From the NCBI GenBank assembly GCA_963823605.1, contig CAWGMF010000007.1, positions 639 to 64,638 on the forward strand: a stretch of DNA of 64,000 nt, written 5' to 3'. The notes under the pieces were generated by a model. The model saw only the letters and a program-made list of their open reading frames with translations. It had not been told where the DNA came from and ran no database searches. This DNA comes from an uncultured Alphaproteobacteria bacterium. GTDB lineage: Bacteria > Pseudomonadota > Alphaproteobacteria > Rhizobiales > Beijerinckiaceae. The first letter of the stretch is position 1; every line of letters begins with the position of its first letter. A program made the translations under genes and the position numbers. Positions 10,443 through 20,545 of this stretch are shown piece after piece.

Positions 10443-10458
10443 TCATACACAGGTATAG
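10443..10458. promoter_or_regulatory. Palindromic candidate response-regulator box TCATAC-ACAG-GTATAG
   Basis: Perfect ATAC-N4-GTAT in the divergent intergenic region; similar boxes at 12030, 12919, 19986 and 20401. Confidence 0.5.
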
Positions 10459-10639
10459 GCTGCCGATGACCGACGGATAGGTGAAATGCGGGATGTTTTT
10501 TGGCACGAACCTGAGGTTCGCCTTCATCAACTGCCAAGACTGATCCGCCGAATTCTCGAGAAGGCGACGGACGGCGCGATGGGCTTGGCCGAGCTGTGAA
10601 CCACTCATTTCAGGTCGTCAGATCAAAGGAGACAACCTC

Positions 10640-11353
10640 ATGAAAGTCCTGATGGTAATCACGTCGCATGATCAATTAGGCAATACGGGCCGGAAAACCG
10701 GCTTCTGGCTCGAAGAGCTCGCAGCGCCCTACTATGTCTTCAAGGAGGCCGGCTTCGAGATCACGCTCGCATCTCCCAAAGGCGGGCGACCGCCGCTGGA
10801 TCCAAAGAGCAACGAACCCTCATCCCGCACAGATCTCACCTTGCGATTCGAGAAGGACGGCGCCGCGAATGCTCAGCTCGACCGGACGGTTCGTCTCGAC
10901 AGCGTCGACCAGAAAGACTTCGATACGGTCTTCTACCCGGGTGGCCACGGTCCAATGTGGGATCTTGCCGACGACCTGCATTCAGCCAGGTTGCTTGAGA
11001 ACTTCCTCGCCGCGGGCAAGCCGATCGCCGTCGTGTGTCATTCCACGGCCGCCTTGCGCCACGTCAAAACGCCCAATGGCAAGCTTCTCGTCGAAGGCAA
11101 GGAGGTGACCGGCTTCACCAATGGGGAGGAGGAGGATGTCGGGCTAACGAAGATCGTCCCGTTCCTGGTTGAGGACGACATGCTGGACAAAGGTGCGATC
11201 TTCTCGAAAAAGGCGAATTGGAAGGTCCACGTCGTCCAGGAAGGCCTCCTGATCACCGGGCAAAACCCGCAGTCGTCGGGGCCAGCCGCCAAAACTCTGA
11301 TTGCCGCACTGAGCCAGCTGAAGAGATCGGCGGCACCAGCAGTCGCTTCGTGA
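10640..11353 (+). CDS. DJ-1/PfpI (type 1 glutamine amidotransferase-like) protein
   Basis: GFWLEEL, PGGHGPMWDL, AVVCH nucleophile, ITGQNP; AAGGAG RBS. Confidence 0.92.
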   Translation: MKVLMVITSHDQLGNTGRKTGFWLEELAAPYYVFKEAGFEITLASPKGGRPPLDPKSNEPSSRTDLTLRFEKDGAANAQLDRTVRLDSVDQKDFDTVFYPGGHGPMWDLADDLHSARLLENFLAAGKPIAVVCHSTAALRHVKTPNGKLLVEGKEVTGFTNGEEEDVGLTKIVPFLVEDDMLDKGAIFSKKANWKVHVVQEGLLITGQNPQSSGPAAKTLIAALSQLKRSAAPAVAS

Positions 11354-11582
11354 TTGCATAATCTTCCAGCGTGCTGGGGGCGCGGCGGCTCAAGAAGGGC
11401 TGTCCGCGCTCCTCGTGCTTCTTGTGTTCGCCCCGCCGGTGATGGGGCGAGCCGTCGCTCCCAACTCGACAATATGCGGGCCGACGGCTCCCTCGCCATG
11501 GCGCTCCGCCCGGCTCAGGCAGGCATCGACCGTTTCCGGCCCGACGCTCTTCGTGGACGCCGATGACCAGGGCCAGTTTCGG

Positions 11583-11957
11583 TTATCTCGCACTTCCAGC
11601 GGTTGCTGTCTCCAGGCATCCAACCAGCTCGTCCAACTCGAAGGGCTTCGTAAGCAGGCAGACGGCCCCCGCGGCTCGCCCTCTTTCCGAGATGCCCGTT
11701 TCCGAGCGCGCCGTGATCAGCACCACAGGCGTCGGTGAGCCTCGTGCGGCAAGCTGTTCCGTCAGTTCGAGGCCGCTGATTCCAGGCATGTGAAGATCGG
11801 TGACGATGCAATCGTATGGCGCACCGGCCGACCGGCCCATGAACGCTTCACCTGTCGCGAAACCATCCGCCCGATAACCCAGGGACGACAAAGATTCGAG
11901 AAGCGCTGTTCGGAATGGTTCGTCATCGTCTATGACCGCGATGAAACTGTGTGGCAC
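11583..11957 (-). CDS. Single-domain response regulator receiver
   Basis: IDDD, TDLHMPG, LITA, LTKPF. Confidence 0.9.
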   Translation of the reverse strand: MPHSFIAVIDDDEPFRTALLESLSSLGYRADGFATGEAFMGRSAGAPYDCIVTDLHMPGISGLELTEQLAARGSPTPVVLITARSETGISERGRAAGAVCLLTKPFELDELVGCLETATAGSAR

Positions 11958-12029
11958 TCAGTGTTCTAGCCCCGGCAAGTCGCAGCACGGACATTCACAA
12001 CACTGACACACCTCTGCCGCCGTCAGGAA

Positions 12030-12045
12030 TTATACAAAAGTGTCA
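12030..12045. promoter_or_regulatory. Candidate box TTATAC-AAAA-GTGTCA
   Basis: Same motif as 10443; lies between the two divergent response regulator genes. Confidence 0.4.
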
Positions 12046-12170
12046 TAGCCCTTGACGCTCCGTCGTGAGACGGACAGCCGCCCTGGACGTCACATTTTGA
12101 TATCCGGTGCGGTTCAATCTGTATAAGAAGCTTCTGTTGACATGAGGTGGATGTCAGCCGCATGGGACCC

Positions 12171-12794
12171 ATGAGCAACGAGAGCCCCCTGGTGCACGTC
12201 GTCGACGATGACGCGGGCATGCGCAACGCGCTGGAGGGTCTGTTCAACTCGGTCGGGCTCTCGACACGCACCTATGCGAAGGCGGAAGAATTCCTCGAAG
12301 CCGGCCGGCCGAACAGGCTCGGCTGCATCGTGCTGGACGTCAGACTGCCGGACGCGAACGGTCTGGAATTCCAACACCGCCTGGCCGGAGCCGGCGTCGA
12401 AATGCCTGTGGTGATGATGACGGGCTTTGGGGACATCCCGATGTCGGTCCGCGCTATGAAGCACGGGGCCGTCGACTTTCTCGCCAAGCCTTTCCGTGAT
12501 CAAGACATGCTGGACGCTGTCATGGCTGCGATTGAGCGCGACCGGGCGCGACGGATCGTCGAGACCGACGCTATGCGGTTGAAGCAGCGCTTCGACACGC
12601 TGTCGCCACGCGAGCAGGAAGTTCTGCTGCACGTGACGACCGGGAAAATGAACAAACAAGTCGCCGGCGATCTCGGTATCAGCGAGATCACCGTCAAGGT
12701 CCACCGCGGTGCGGCGATGCACAAGATGGGTGCGCGGACTTATGCCGAACTGGTTCGAATGGCCGACGCGCTCAAGCGAGAAAAGCGGACCTGA
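12171..12794 (+). CDS. FixJ/NodW/TodT-like response regulator (REC + LuxR HTH)
   Basis: VDDD, LDVRLP, MTGFGDIPMSVRAMK, LSPREQEV, GISEITVKVHRG. Alternative GTG start at 12147. Confidence 0.92.
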   Translation: MSNESPLVHVVDDDAGMRNALEGLFNSVGLSTRTYAKAEEFLEAGRPNRLGCIVLDVRLPDANGLEFQHRLAGAGVEMPVVMMTGFGDIPMSVRAMKHGAVDFLAKPFRDQDMLDAVMAAIERDRARRIVETDAMRLKQRFDTLSPREQEVLLHVTTGKMNKQVAGDLGISEITVKVHRGAAMHKMGARTYAELVRMADALKREKRT

Positions 12795-12918
12795 GGCCTT
12801 TAGTTCGAATACCGAGTTGCCGGTCAGCGCTGCGATCTGAGGTTTTTCGAGTCCGATGAAGGCCGCTACTCCGACCTCGGACGCAACTTGAATATCCCGG
12901 CGCGCGAGCGAATCGCAA

Positions 12919-12934
12919 CTATACATTGGTCTAA
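12919..12934. promoter_or_regulatory. Candidate box CTATAC-ATTG-GTCTAA
   Basis: Same motif, upstream of the first efflux operon. Confidence 0.4.
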
Positions 12935-13214
12935 TGCTGGCCATTCCCTGGTTCATCTATCCAGGTCGATAGCTTTGCGTCACTATGAGCTTGGCTTGGG
13001 CAGCATGAGGCTCTGATCATAGCGGTAGGAACTCGAACACCTCTCGTGGGGTCTGCCCGGGCTAGACCATCAAACGTTCTGTCCATGATTGGAAGCGTCG
13101 CTCGACGTCGGGCTTAATCGTACAATAGAGCCGATACACAAACGGTTTATTTCGGCTGGGACAGGTAACTGTCACTTTCCACCGCTTTTCTCACCTCTGC
13201 AGACGGGTTCCGCC

Positions 13215-14753
13215 ATGGCTGAGCAGAACACTACGTCAGGTTCCAACGATGCGCGTCCGCCCGTAGACGAAAACGACTTGGTGGCACGTCAGGCGAGAAA
13301 CGGTCAGGCATCCTCGGCGGATCGCCCGGCGTCTCAACGGTCTCGGGCTGCTTGGCCGAAGCGAGGACTTCTGCTCGGAGTGCTCGGCATAGCCGTTCTG
13401 GCGGTTCTCTTCGGCTTCGGCACCCCATGGCTCAAGGAGAGGCTCAACACCGTTTCCACGGACGATGCCTTCGTGAATGGGCACGTGACCTTTGTCGCAC
13501 CGCGCGTCCCGGGGCAGATCTCCCGCGTTCTGATCGACGACAACAACCGCGTGCGCAAGGGCGATCTCCTCGCCGAGTTGGATCCGGAGCCTTATCGGGT
13601 TTCCGTTTCCGAGAAACAGGCAGCGGTCGACACCGCGAAAGCGGATCTGCAGGCAGCCCGCGCCTCGGTTCGCGCCATCGAAGCGCAGGCGAGGAGCCAA
13701 CGCTGGAACTTGCAGCGCGCGGTGGAGGCGGTCGACAGTCAAGTCGCGCTCCTGCACGCTCGGGTGGCCGGCGTCGACAAGAGCAAGGCCACGTTGGCAC
13801 TGGCGCAGCTTCAGTTCGATCGGGCACGGCAGCTCGTCGCCCATGCCGATGTGCCGCGGGAGGTATACGACCAGCGCGAAGCAGAGTTGACCGCTGCTGG
13901 TGCGGAACTCACCCAGGCCCGCGCCGAAGTCCATCAGATCCGGGCCTCGCTGGCGCTTCCGGCTCAACCTGATGACGGCGGGGATCTTGGCCAGGTCCCC
14001 CCCGATCTCGATGAAACCTTTTCGGCCGTCCTCGAGGCCCAGGCGCAACTGATTCAGAGTGCCGCGCAACTCGGCGTGGTGCACTCGTTCCAGCAGGGCC
14101 CCAAAGCGATGATCGACCAGTTCGAAAGTCTGGGAGATATCGACAGCGCGTTTGCCCAGTTCAGCACCGATGCGCCGGCCATCAAACAGGCCGAGGCGCG
14201 ACTCGAGGCCGCCGAACGTGACCTTGCCCAGGCAGAACTGAATCTTCGCTACTGCGAGATCAGAGCGGAGATCGACGGCGTCGTCACGCGGCGCAGTGTT
14301 AATCCCGGCAACAATGTTCAGGTTGGCCAGAACCTGATGGCGATACGTCCGATCGAGGAGATCTGGGTCGACGCCAATTTCAAGGAGACGCAACTGCGCG
14401 ACCTGAGGATCGGACAGCCGGTCGATCTCTACGTCGACATGTACGGCAGCAAGCACGTTCTCAAGGGTCGGGTTGCGGGTTTCACTATGGGGACAGGATC
14501 GACTTTGGCATTGCTGCCGCCCGAGAATGCGACGGGCAATTTCGTCAAAGTCGTCCAGCGCTTGCCGGTCCGGATCGACCTTGTCGATTATGACGCCGAT
14601 CAGACGTCGCTGTTCATTGGCACGTCTGTCATTCCCTACGTTCACATCGAAGCAGCGCCAACCGGACCCGATGCTGGACGCTTTTTCCAGACCTATGCGC
14701 CAGAACCCACGTATCCTGGTCCGGCCTTCAGTGCTTCGGGCAGCAGGCAGTGA
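13215..14753 (+). CDS. HlyD/EmrA-like membrane fusion protein (long coiled coil)
   Basis: Single TM, STDDAFV, ANFKETQL, LLPPENATGNFVKVVQRLPVRI. Confidence 0.92.
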   Translation: MAEQNTTSGSNDARPPVDENDLVARQARNGQASSADRPASQRSRAAWPKRGLLLGVLGIAVLAVLFGFGTPWLKERLNTVSTDDAFVNGHVTFVAPRVPGQISRVLIDDNNRVRKGDLLAELDPEPYRVSVSEKQAAVDTAKADLQAARASVRAIEAQARSQRWNLQRAVEAVDSQVALLHARVAGVDKSKATLALAQLQFDRARQLVAHADVPREVYDQREAELTAAGAELTQARAEVHQIRASLALPAQPDDGGDLGQVPPDLDETFSAVLEAQAQLIQSAAQLGVVHSFQQGPKAMIDQFESLGDIDSAFAQFSTDAPAIKQAEARLEAAERDLAQAELNLRYCEIRAEIDGVVTRRSVNPGNNVQVGQNLMAIRPIEEIWVDANFKETQLRDLRIGQPVDLYVDMYGSKHVLKGRVAGFTMGTGSTLALLPPENATGNFVKVVQRLPVRIDLVDYDADQTSLFIGTSVIPYVHIEAAPTGPDAGRFFQTYAPEPTYPGPAFSASGSRQ

Positions 14754-16369
14754 CGAACGCGGCGCTGTCGGCTCTACCTCTCAAGGCCGGATCCGGGCGC
14801 GCGACAAACCCGTGGGTGGTCGCGGCTGTCGTGGTGGTGCCGACCTTTATGGAAGTGCTGGACACCACCATCGCGGTCGTGGCGCTTCGCTACATTGCAG
14901 GTGGGCTGTCTGCCACGGTCGACGATGGCGAATGGGTGATCACCAGCTACCTTGCGGCAAACGCGATCATCTTGCCCATCACCGGATGGCTGATCGCGCA
15001 TCTTGGGCGCCGCAACTATTTCCTGCTGTCGATTGCGGTTTTCACCGTGGCCTCCGCACTCTGTGGAATGGCCACAAGTCTTACCCAGTTGATCGTGTTC
15101 AGGGTGCTGCAGGGTCTTGCCGGCGGCGGTCTTCAGCCCTCGAGCCAGGGTGTGCTGCTGGACGCCTTTCCTGTCGAGCGGCAAGGCATGGCGATGACCT
15201 TGTTCGGTTTGGCCGCGCTGATCGCGCCGGTGGTCGGCCCGACGCTCGGCGGTTGGATAACCGACAGCTATTCCTGGCGATGGGTGTTCTGGATCAATGT
15301 CCCCGTAGGCGTCTTGGCTTTCACAGCATGTGCGATCACGCTCCGCGATCCCGATTACCTCGCCGCGGAGCGCGTGGAATTGCGGAAGCAGCCCTTCAGC
15401 TTTGACGGCGTCGGCCTGGCGCTGTTGGTGATCGTTATCGTGTGTTGGGAGGTCGCGCTTAGCAAGGGTCAGGAATGGGACTGGCTTGGAGACCCGTTCT
15501 GGCGTGTGCAGACCTTGGTGATCTTGTTTGCAGTGGGATTGGTCGCACTGGTCTTATGGGAATTGCGTCACCCGAGTCCTGTCGTCAATTTTCGCCCGAT
15601 GCGCGAACGCAACTTCCTGGCCTGCTGCATCATCATCTTCTGTTGCTACGCGGTTTTGTATGCTTCCAGCACGTCACTGCCTGCCCTGCTGCAATCATTG
15701 TTCGGCTACGATGCCCTAAGCGCAGGACTGGTCATGTCGCCGGCCGGCCTTTTCGCGGTCATCGCCATGCCGCTTGTAGGGCGCACGTTGGGTCGTGGGA
15801 CCGATGCACGATGGGTGATTGCCGCTGGCCTGTTGACCATGGCGGGGGGCAGTTACTGGATGTCGCTGATGAATCTGGACATCAGCCCAGGGCAGGTTAT
15901 CTGGCCGCGCGTGGTCCTGATTGTCGGGCTCGCGATGTGCTTCGCGCCAGCAAATGTGGCCGCGTATCTCTACACGCCGATCGCGCTGCGTGGTGCTGCA
16001 GTGGGTCTGTTGAGCCTGCTGCGCAACGAAGGTGGCAGCGTTGGAACCTCGTTGGCCCAAACGACGCAGGAGCGTCGCGACCAGTTCCACAGCCTTCGTC
16101 TGGGCGAATCGCTGGATTCCTTTGACGCGGCGGCGCGCGCCTTCCTTGATCAGGCCTCTGGACGGTTCCTACAACAGACCGGCGATCCGGTCGTCGCGAA
16201 GCAGATGGCCTTGCAGGCGCTGGCCAATCTGCGTCAGCAACAGGCTTCCGCGCTCGCATACTTCGACGTATTCTGGCTCCTCGCATCCGTGATGATCGCA
16301 CTCGTGTTCGTTGTGCTGATGATGAAGCGCTCCGTCGCAGAGAAAGGTGCTCGGATCCAGCCCGAGTGA
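14750..16369 (+). CDS. DHA2-family MFS efflux permease (EmrB-like)
   Basis: FMEVLDTTI, WVITSYL, GPTLGGWI, WRWVFWINVP; 4-bp overlap with the MFP gene. Confidence 0.93.
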   Translation: MTNAALSALPLKAGSGRATNPWVVAAVVVVPTFMEVLDTTIAVVALRYIAGGLSATVDDGEWVITSYLAANAIILPITGWLIAHLGRRNYFLLSIAVFTVASALCGMATSLTQLIVFRVLQGLAGGGLQPSSQGVLLDAFPVERQGMAMTLFGLAALIAPVVGPTLGGWITDSYSWRWVFWINVPVGVLAFTACAITLRDPDYLAAERVELRKQPFSFDGVGLALLVIVIVCWEVALSKGQEWDWLGDPFWRVQTLVILFAVGLVALVLWELRHPSPVVNFRPMRERNFLACCIIIFCCYAVLYASSTSLPALLQSLFGYDALSAGLVMSPAGLFAVIAMPLVGRTLGRGTDARWVIAAGLLTMAGGSYWMSLMNLDISPGQVIWPRVVLIVGLAMCFAPANVAAYLYTPIALRGAAVGLLSLLRNEGGSVGTSLAQTTQERRDQFHSLRLGESLDSFDAAARAFLDQASGRFLQQTGDPVVAKQMALQALANLRQQQASALAYFDVFWLLASVMIALVFVVLMMKRSVAEKGARIQPE

Positions 16370-16449
16370 GGTGCTTCGACGCGGTCCCTTTCGCTCCGCG
16401 CTCCGATCTCATGCCACTCGGCCCGCCGAGCCCTCATCGCCTCGCCGGC

Positions 16450-16831
16450 TCACCGCATCGGTTCGACCCACTGAGCGCGTGATGGACCCGGCTCGAATGC
16501 GTCGCAAAAGTACTGCGTTTCGCGAGCCACTTCCCCGTGGTCGAACTCCATGATGCTCACGGTGTAGGACGGCACTCCATCATAGGTGAGGACGAACTCG
16601 GTGACCCAAAGATCGCCCCCGCCCACGATGCGCCGCACCTTGAAGCGCTTCGACGCTTGGCTGCGCAAAGCGCGAGGCCTGGATGTTGCGACGGCCTCGG
16701 ATGCGCTCCCCCGACTGCGGATAGTCCAGAACGGCATCCTCGCGATAGATGCGATGCTCCGCCTCGAAGTCGTTCGCGTCGGAGGCAGCCCAGTGGAGAT
16801 CCAAAGCCGCTCGGATTGCTGCGTCGTCCAT
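16450..16831 (-). CDS. SnoaL/NTF2-like protein (one frameshift near 16655)
   Basis: MDDAAIRAALDLHW...YPQSGERIRGRRNI joins KRFKVRRIVG...VARETQYF across the 16580 and 16450 ORFs. Confidence 0.8.
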
Positions 16832-17029
16832 GCTCACCTCCTCGCGTCATGCTGCGCCCAGCGTGCTGCCCGGGTGCAAGGCATGAACCTGAACGTCTGA
16901 GCCCCTAACTGACTCGTGAGCGTGACGGCGCGGCCGGGTCGCGAGCCGACATTCGGCAAGCGACGTGAGGCCTCGAGCATCCGCGCAACACCAAAGGCTG
17001 GCGCCCTTTGCGAACGGCACCCTGGCTGT

Positions 17030-18795
17030 TCACAAATCGATCACAAGATCCGTTCTGGGTCGCGAACAACAGATCAGCACGTTCCCGTCGGCAGGTGCGT
17101 CGATGGGCTCCGGCCGATACTCGATCGTTCCCGCGACGAGCCCGCTCTCGCACGTGTGGCAGACCCCGCTCCGGCACGACCACCGGGCAGGCACGTCGCA
17201 AGCCTCTGCGAGTTCGAGCAAGCTCTGGTACGCTGGGGCCCAGCGGACGCTGATCCCCGACCGTGCGAAGGAAACGAGCGGGCCTGCGCCTTGCGCCGCT
17301 GCGCGGGAGGTGGGGTGGGCCATGCGGTGAAGCGGCGATTCCCGGCGTGATGGACGGGCCCGTGCCGAACATCTCGGTGTGGATGCGATCCCGTGCGATA
17401 CTCGAACCCACAAGGCCCATGGTCATATCGCTCATGAACGCCGAAGGTCCGCAGATGTAGAAGTCGCCATCGTGGGGCAGGTGCAATTCGTCGAGCACCC
17501 GAGGGGTCAGGCGCCCAGGAGCATCGAAGTCGATCCCGGGCCGATCCTCGCGCTCCGGCGCGCTATAGCGGATGTGCTTGTGGCTGTGAGGCAGCGTCTT
17601 CAGCAGATCGAGCACCTCCTCGGCAAAGGGATGTTCGCGTCCGTTGCGGGTTCCGTAGAGCCACCAGACATCCCGCAGGGATGCTTCGGCGGCTAGAGCG
17701 TGAAGCATGGCGAGCAAGGGGGTCAGGCCGATCCCAGCGCCGACCAACACAACCGGCGCGGTGCCCGGGCGCAGGGTGAAGTTTCCCCGGGCGGCGCTTG
17801 CGTTCACGATGTCGCCGTCACGGAGCTGGTCGTCGATATAGGCGCTGGCCGCGCCGTGCGCCTCCCGCTTGACGCTGACACGATAGGCTGCTGCACCCGG
17901 CGCCCCCGAAAGCGAATAGCTCCGCAGCAGCGCGGGCGCGGGGGAAGCCTCAAGCCGAAGCACGACGAACTGCCCGGGAAGAGCCGGGGGAACAGGCTTT
18001 CCGTCCGCGGGCTCGAGCGTCAGCGAAACGACGCTGCCGCTTTCGCGCACCTTGCGCGACACGCGGAACGGGCGGAAGCCTTGCCACGCCGGGAGCGGTC
18101 CCGAGGGCGCGGTGAGCCCCGCGTTTCCTGCGCCCTCACCTTCCTTGCGATCCTGCGCGAGCAGCGCCTCGAACGACTTGCGCCAGCCCTCGCTCAGGGC
18201 CGGGATGCGCAGCGCGCGCTGCAACTGGTCTCGCGGGTGACCCGGCATGTAGAGCAGCGCATCGGCCTCGGTCACCTTCATGCCCTCGGGCCCAGACGCA
18301 ACCTGGGTGATGCTCGTCGCCGGCCTCGGCGTAGCCTTCCTCCAGCACACGGCAATAGAAGCCGGGTCTCCCGTGACTGACCAGCAAGGCAGCCATGGCC
18401 GGCTCGTTCATGCGGATGCCCACCCGATAACAGGTGACGCGGGGCTGCGTGACCTCGAGCAAGGCGCCACCGATCCGGTAGCGGTCCCCGATGCAAACCT
18501 CCGCATCGGGCAGACCCTCGACGGTGAAATTCTCTCCGAACTGCCCGTATTCGAAGCCGGCCCGACCCAATTTTTCCTGCCAAAACCGGTAGGATTCGAT
18601 TTGGTAGACCAGCACCGCCCGGTGTTCGCCGCCGTGACCGGTCAGGTCCCCTTGTCCGTCGCCGTCGATGTTCAGGCGTCGCACCATCCGCCGGCCTTGG
18701 ACCGGCGTCTTCCAAACAGCGGTATGAACGATCTTCCCCTGCCATGGAATGTCGCGCGGCAGGCCAACGTTGATCGAAAGCAAACGTGGCATCAC
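17030..18795 (-). CDS. MOSC + FAD/NAD-binding reductase + 2Fe-2S ferredoxin fusion (two frameshifts)
   Basis: GHGGEHRAV, GQFGENFT, QPRVTC (MOSC); RSYSLS, GAGIGLTP, YICGP (reductase); CRSGVCHTC...ICC (ferredoxin), spread over three ORFs. Confidence 0.88.
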
Positions 18796-18996
18796 ATCAA
18801 CCCACGGATAGAAGAATACGTGATAGAAGGGACCCAGGAGAACTCTACACGAATCGAGACTTGGCTCGAAATTGTATCAGTACTGGAAAATGAGGTTCGG
18901 TCGCTTCAGCAGAGAATCGCGACAGTCCCCCAACGATCCCAATGGAGATATTCAACATGGGCGACCCTTGAGGGCCGTCCAGCGAAGCACTGTGCC

Positions 18997-19903
18997 CTAT
19001 GCTGCTCGGTTGTTTGACGGGGACGTTCCTGACGCCATAGCAGAGATGTCGACTGCAGGCGGTCGTCGAGCGGAGGCCGTATGCTGTGGCGGAGGCGGGA
19101 GGTTGGCCGGCAAGTAGAGACGAACCTCGGTGCCGCGCCCCTCGTCGCTGCTCATTTCGAGGTGGCCGCCAAGATTTCGGACGAATTGGCTGACCGACGC
19201 GAGCCCCAATCCGCGCGGACGGCCGTGCGCGATGTCCTTGGTCGTGAACAAGGGCAGGCAGGCCCTCGCGAGATCCTGCCGGCTCATGCCTGTCCCCGTG
19301 TCGCGAACGGTGATGCAGACGCTGGCGTCACCGCTCGGAGAGATGCCCGACCCAGCCGCAGCCGTGACGATGAGCTGGCCGCCGCACGGCATGGCGTCGC
19401 GCGCGTTGACCGCGAGGTTCAGGACGGCGTTCTGAAGATCGCTGAATTCGCAGGTGACGAGGAGGCCTCCACTGGAGGGGATGACGAACAGGCTGATCTT
19501 GTCGCCGAGCGCAACCGAGAGGGCGGGCGCAAAGCTGCTCAGGGCATCGTCGATGTCGAGGCCGCCGGCGACTGGGACCAGGGCGGAAGGTGAGATCCCG
19601 GTCGTCATGGCCGACGCGGAGGCAAGCGACTGGGCCGCGACTTCGAACAATTCAGCGCTGCCCTCGGGAAGATCCCCATCGAGGTGCCTCCGGATGCAAT
19701 CGCATCGCACTGGCGACCGTCTGAAGATGGTTGCGGATGTCATGGAGAAGATAGGGGGTCGTCGCGCCTTCGGCTTGCGCACCCATCCGGTTGGTTGTTG
19801 CCAACACCGGGTGGCGCTCTGAGCCGTCAGTGTCGCAGCCAGCAACGGCGGCCTCCAGTCCATCGCGCCGCATGCGTGACGCCCGTGTCGCCGAAGCCAT
19901 CAT
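18997..19903 (-). CDS. Short sensor-less histidine kinase (one frameshift near 19700)
   Basis: LHDIRNHL H-box in the 19652 frame; NAVLNLAVNARDAM, DTGTGM, FTTK, GLGL in the 18997 frame; GGAGAGG RBS. Confidence 0.75.
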
Positions 19904-19985
19904 CCTCTCCTCAAGGTCACACTGCAATCGCCGGACGACCTCAATCCGCTGCTGTCACGATCTCGCATGGGCGCCGCAGTGACCA

Positions 19986-20001
19986 TTGAACTATAGTATG
20001 A
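19986..20001. promoter_or_regulatory. Candidate box TTGAAC-TATA-GTATGA
   Basis: Same motif, upstream of the short kinase. Confidence 0.35.
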
Positions 20002-20545
20002 TCCTGATCGCTTGCCCGGATGGCGGCAGTATCCGCCGATCGAAAACTGTTCTCGTCATACGTGGCAGACGATATCGCTCCAGAATGACAGTGCTATGGG
20101 CTGGTCTCCGTCATGTGGAGCATGGAGCGGGCGCTCACCGTCGCGCGTGGGGCCTCCGCCCCCGCACAGACGATGCAACTCAGATGCGGCAACCCGAATC
20201 GTTCTTCGCGGCTCGGTGCAGTTGAGCATAGGCGGCAACCAGGCGATCCAGCGTGAATGCCCGATTGCGACCGCTGGGATAACGGCGAGGGCTTTCTTGC
20301 GCACAGTCGAGTGAAGCCGGGGCGGCTCAAAGCCGAGCGGCTGAGCGGTACCTATGCGGTAGGCGATCTCCGACGATCTCTTATCCAGAGGGATCGTCAC
20401 CGATACCTTGGTGCAATGGCGCCGATGTTATCGCGGTGCCACTTTGGTACGAGCGGCGATGGTCGGGCCGCTTCGTTCCGGGAAGCTCATTGAGAGCTCG
20501 AGATGAAGTGGTGCGCTGCGGAAAGATCTGCAGCGAGCAAACGCC

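Noticed and set aside
11417-11449. 15/16 match to part of repeat C plus a GC hairpin
   Set aside because: The match lies mostly in the variable part and the right box is not in register; more likely chance or a terminator-like hairpin between convergent genes.
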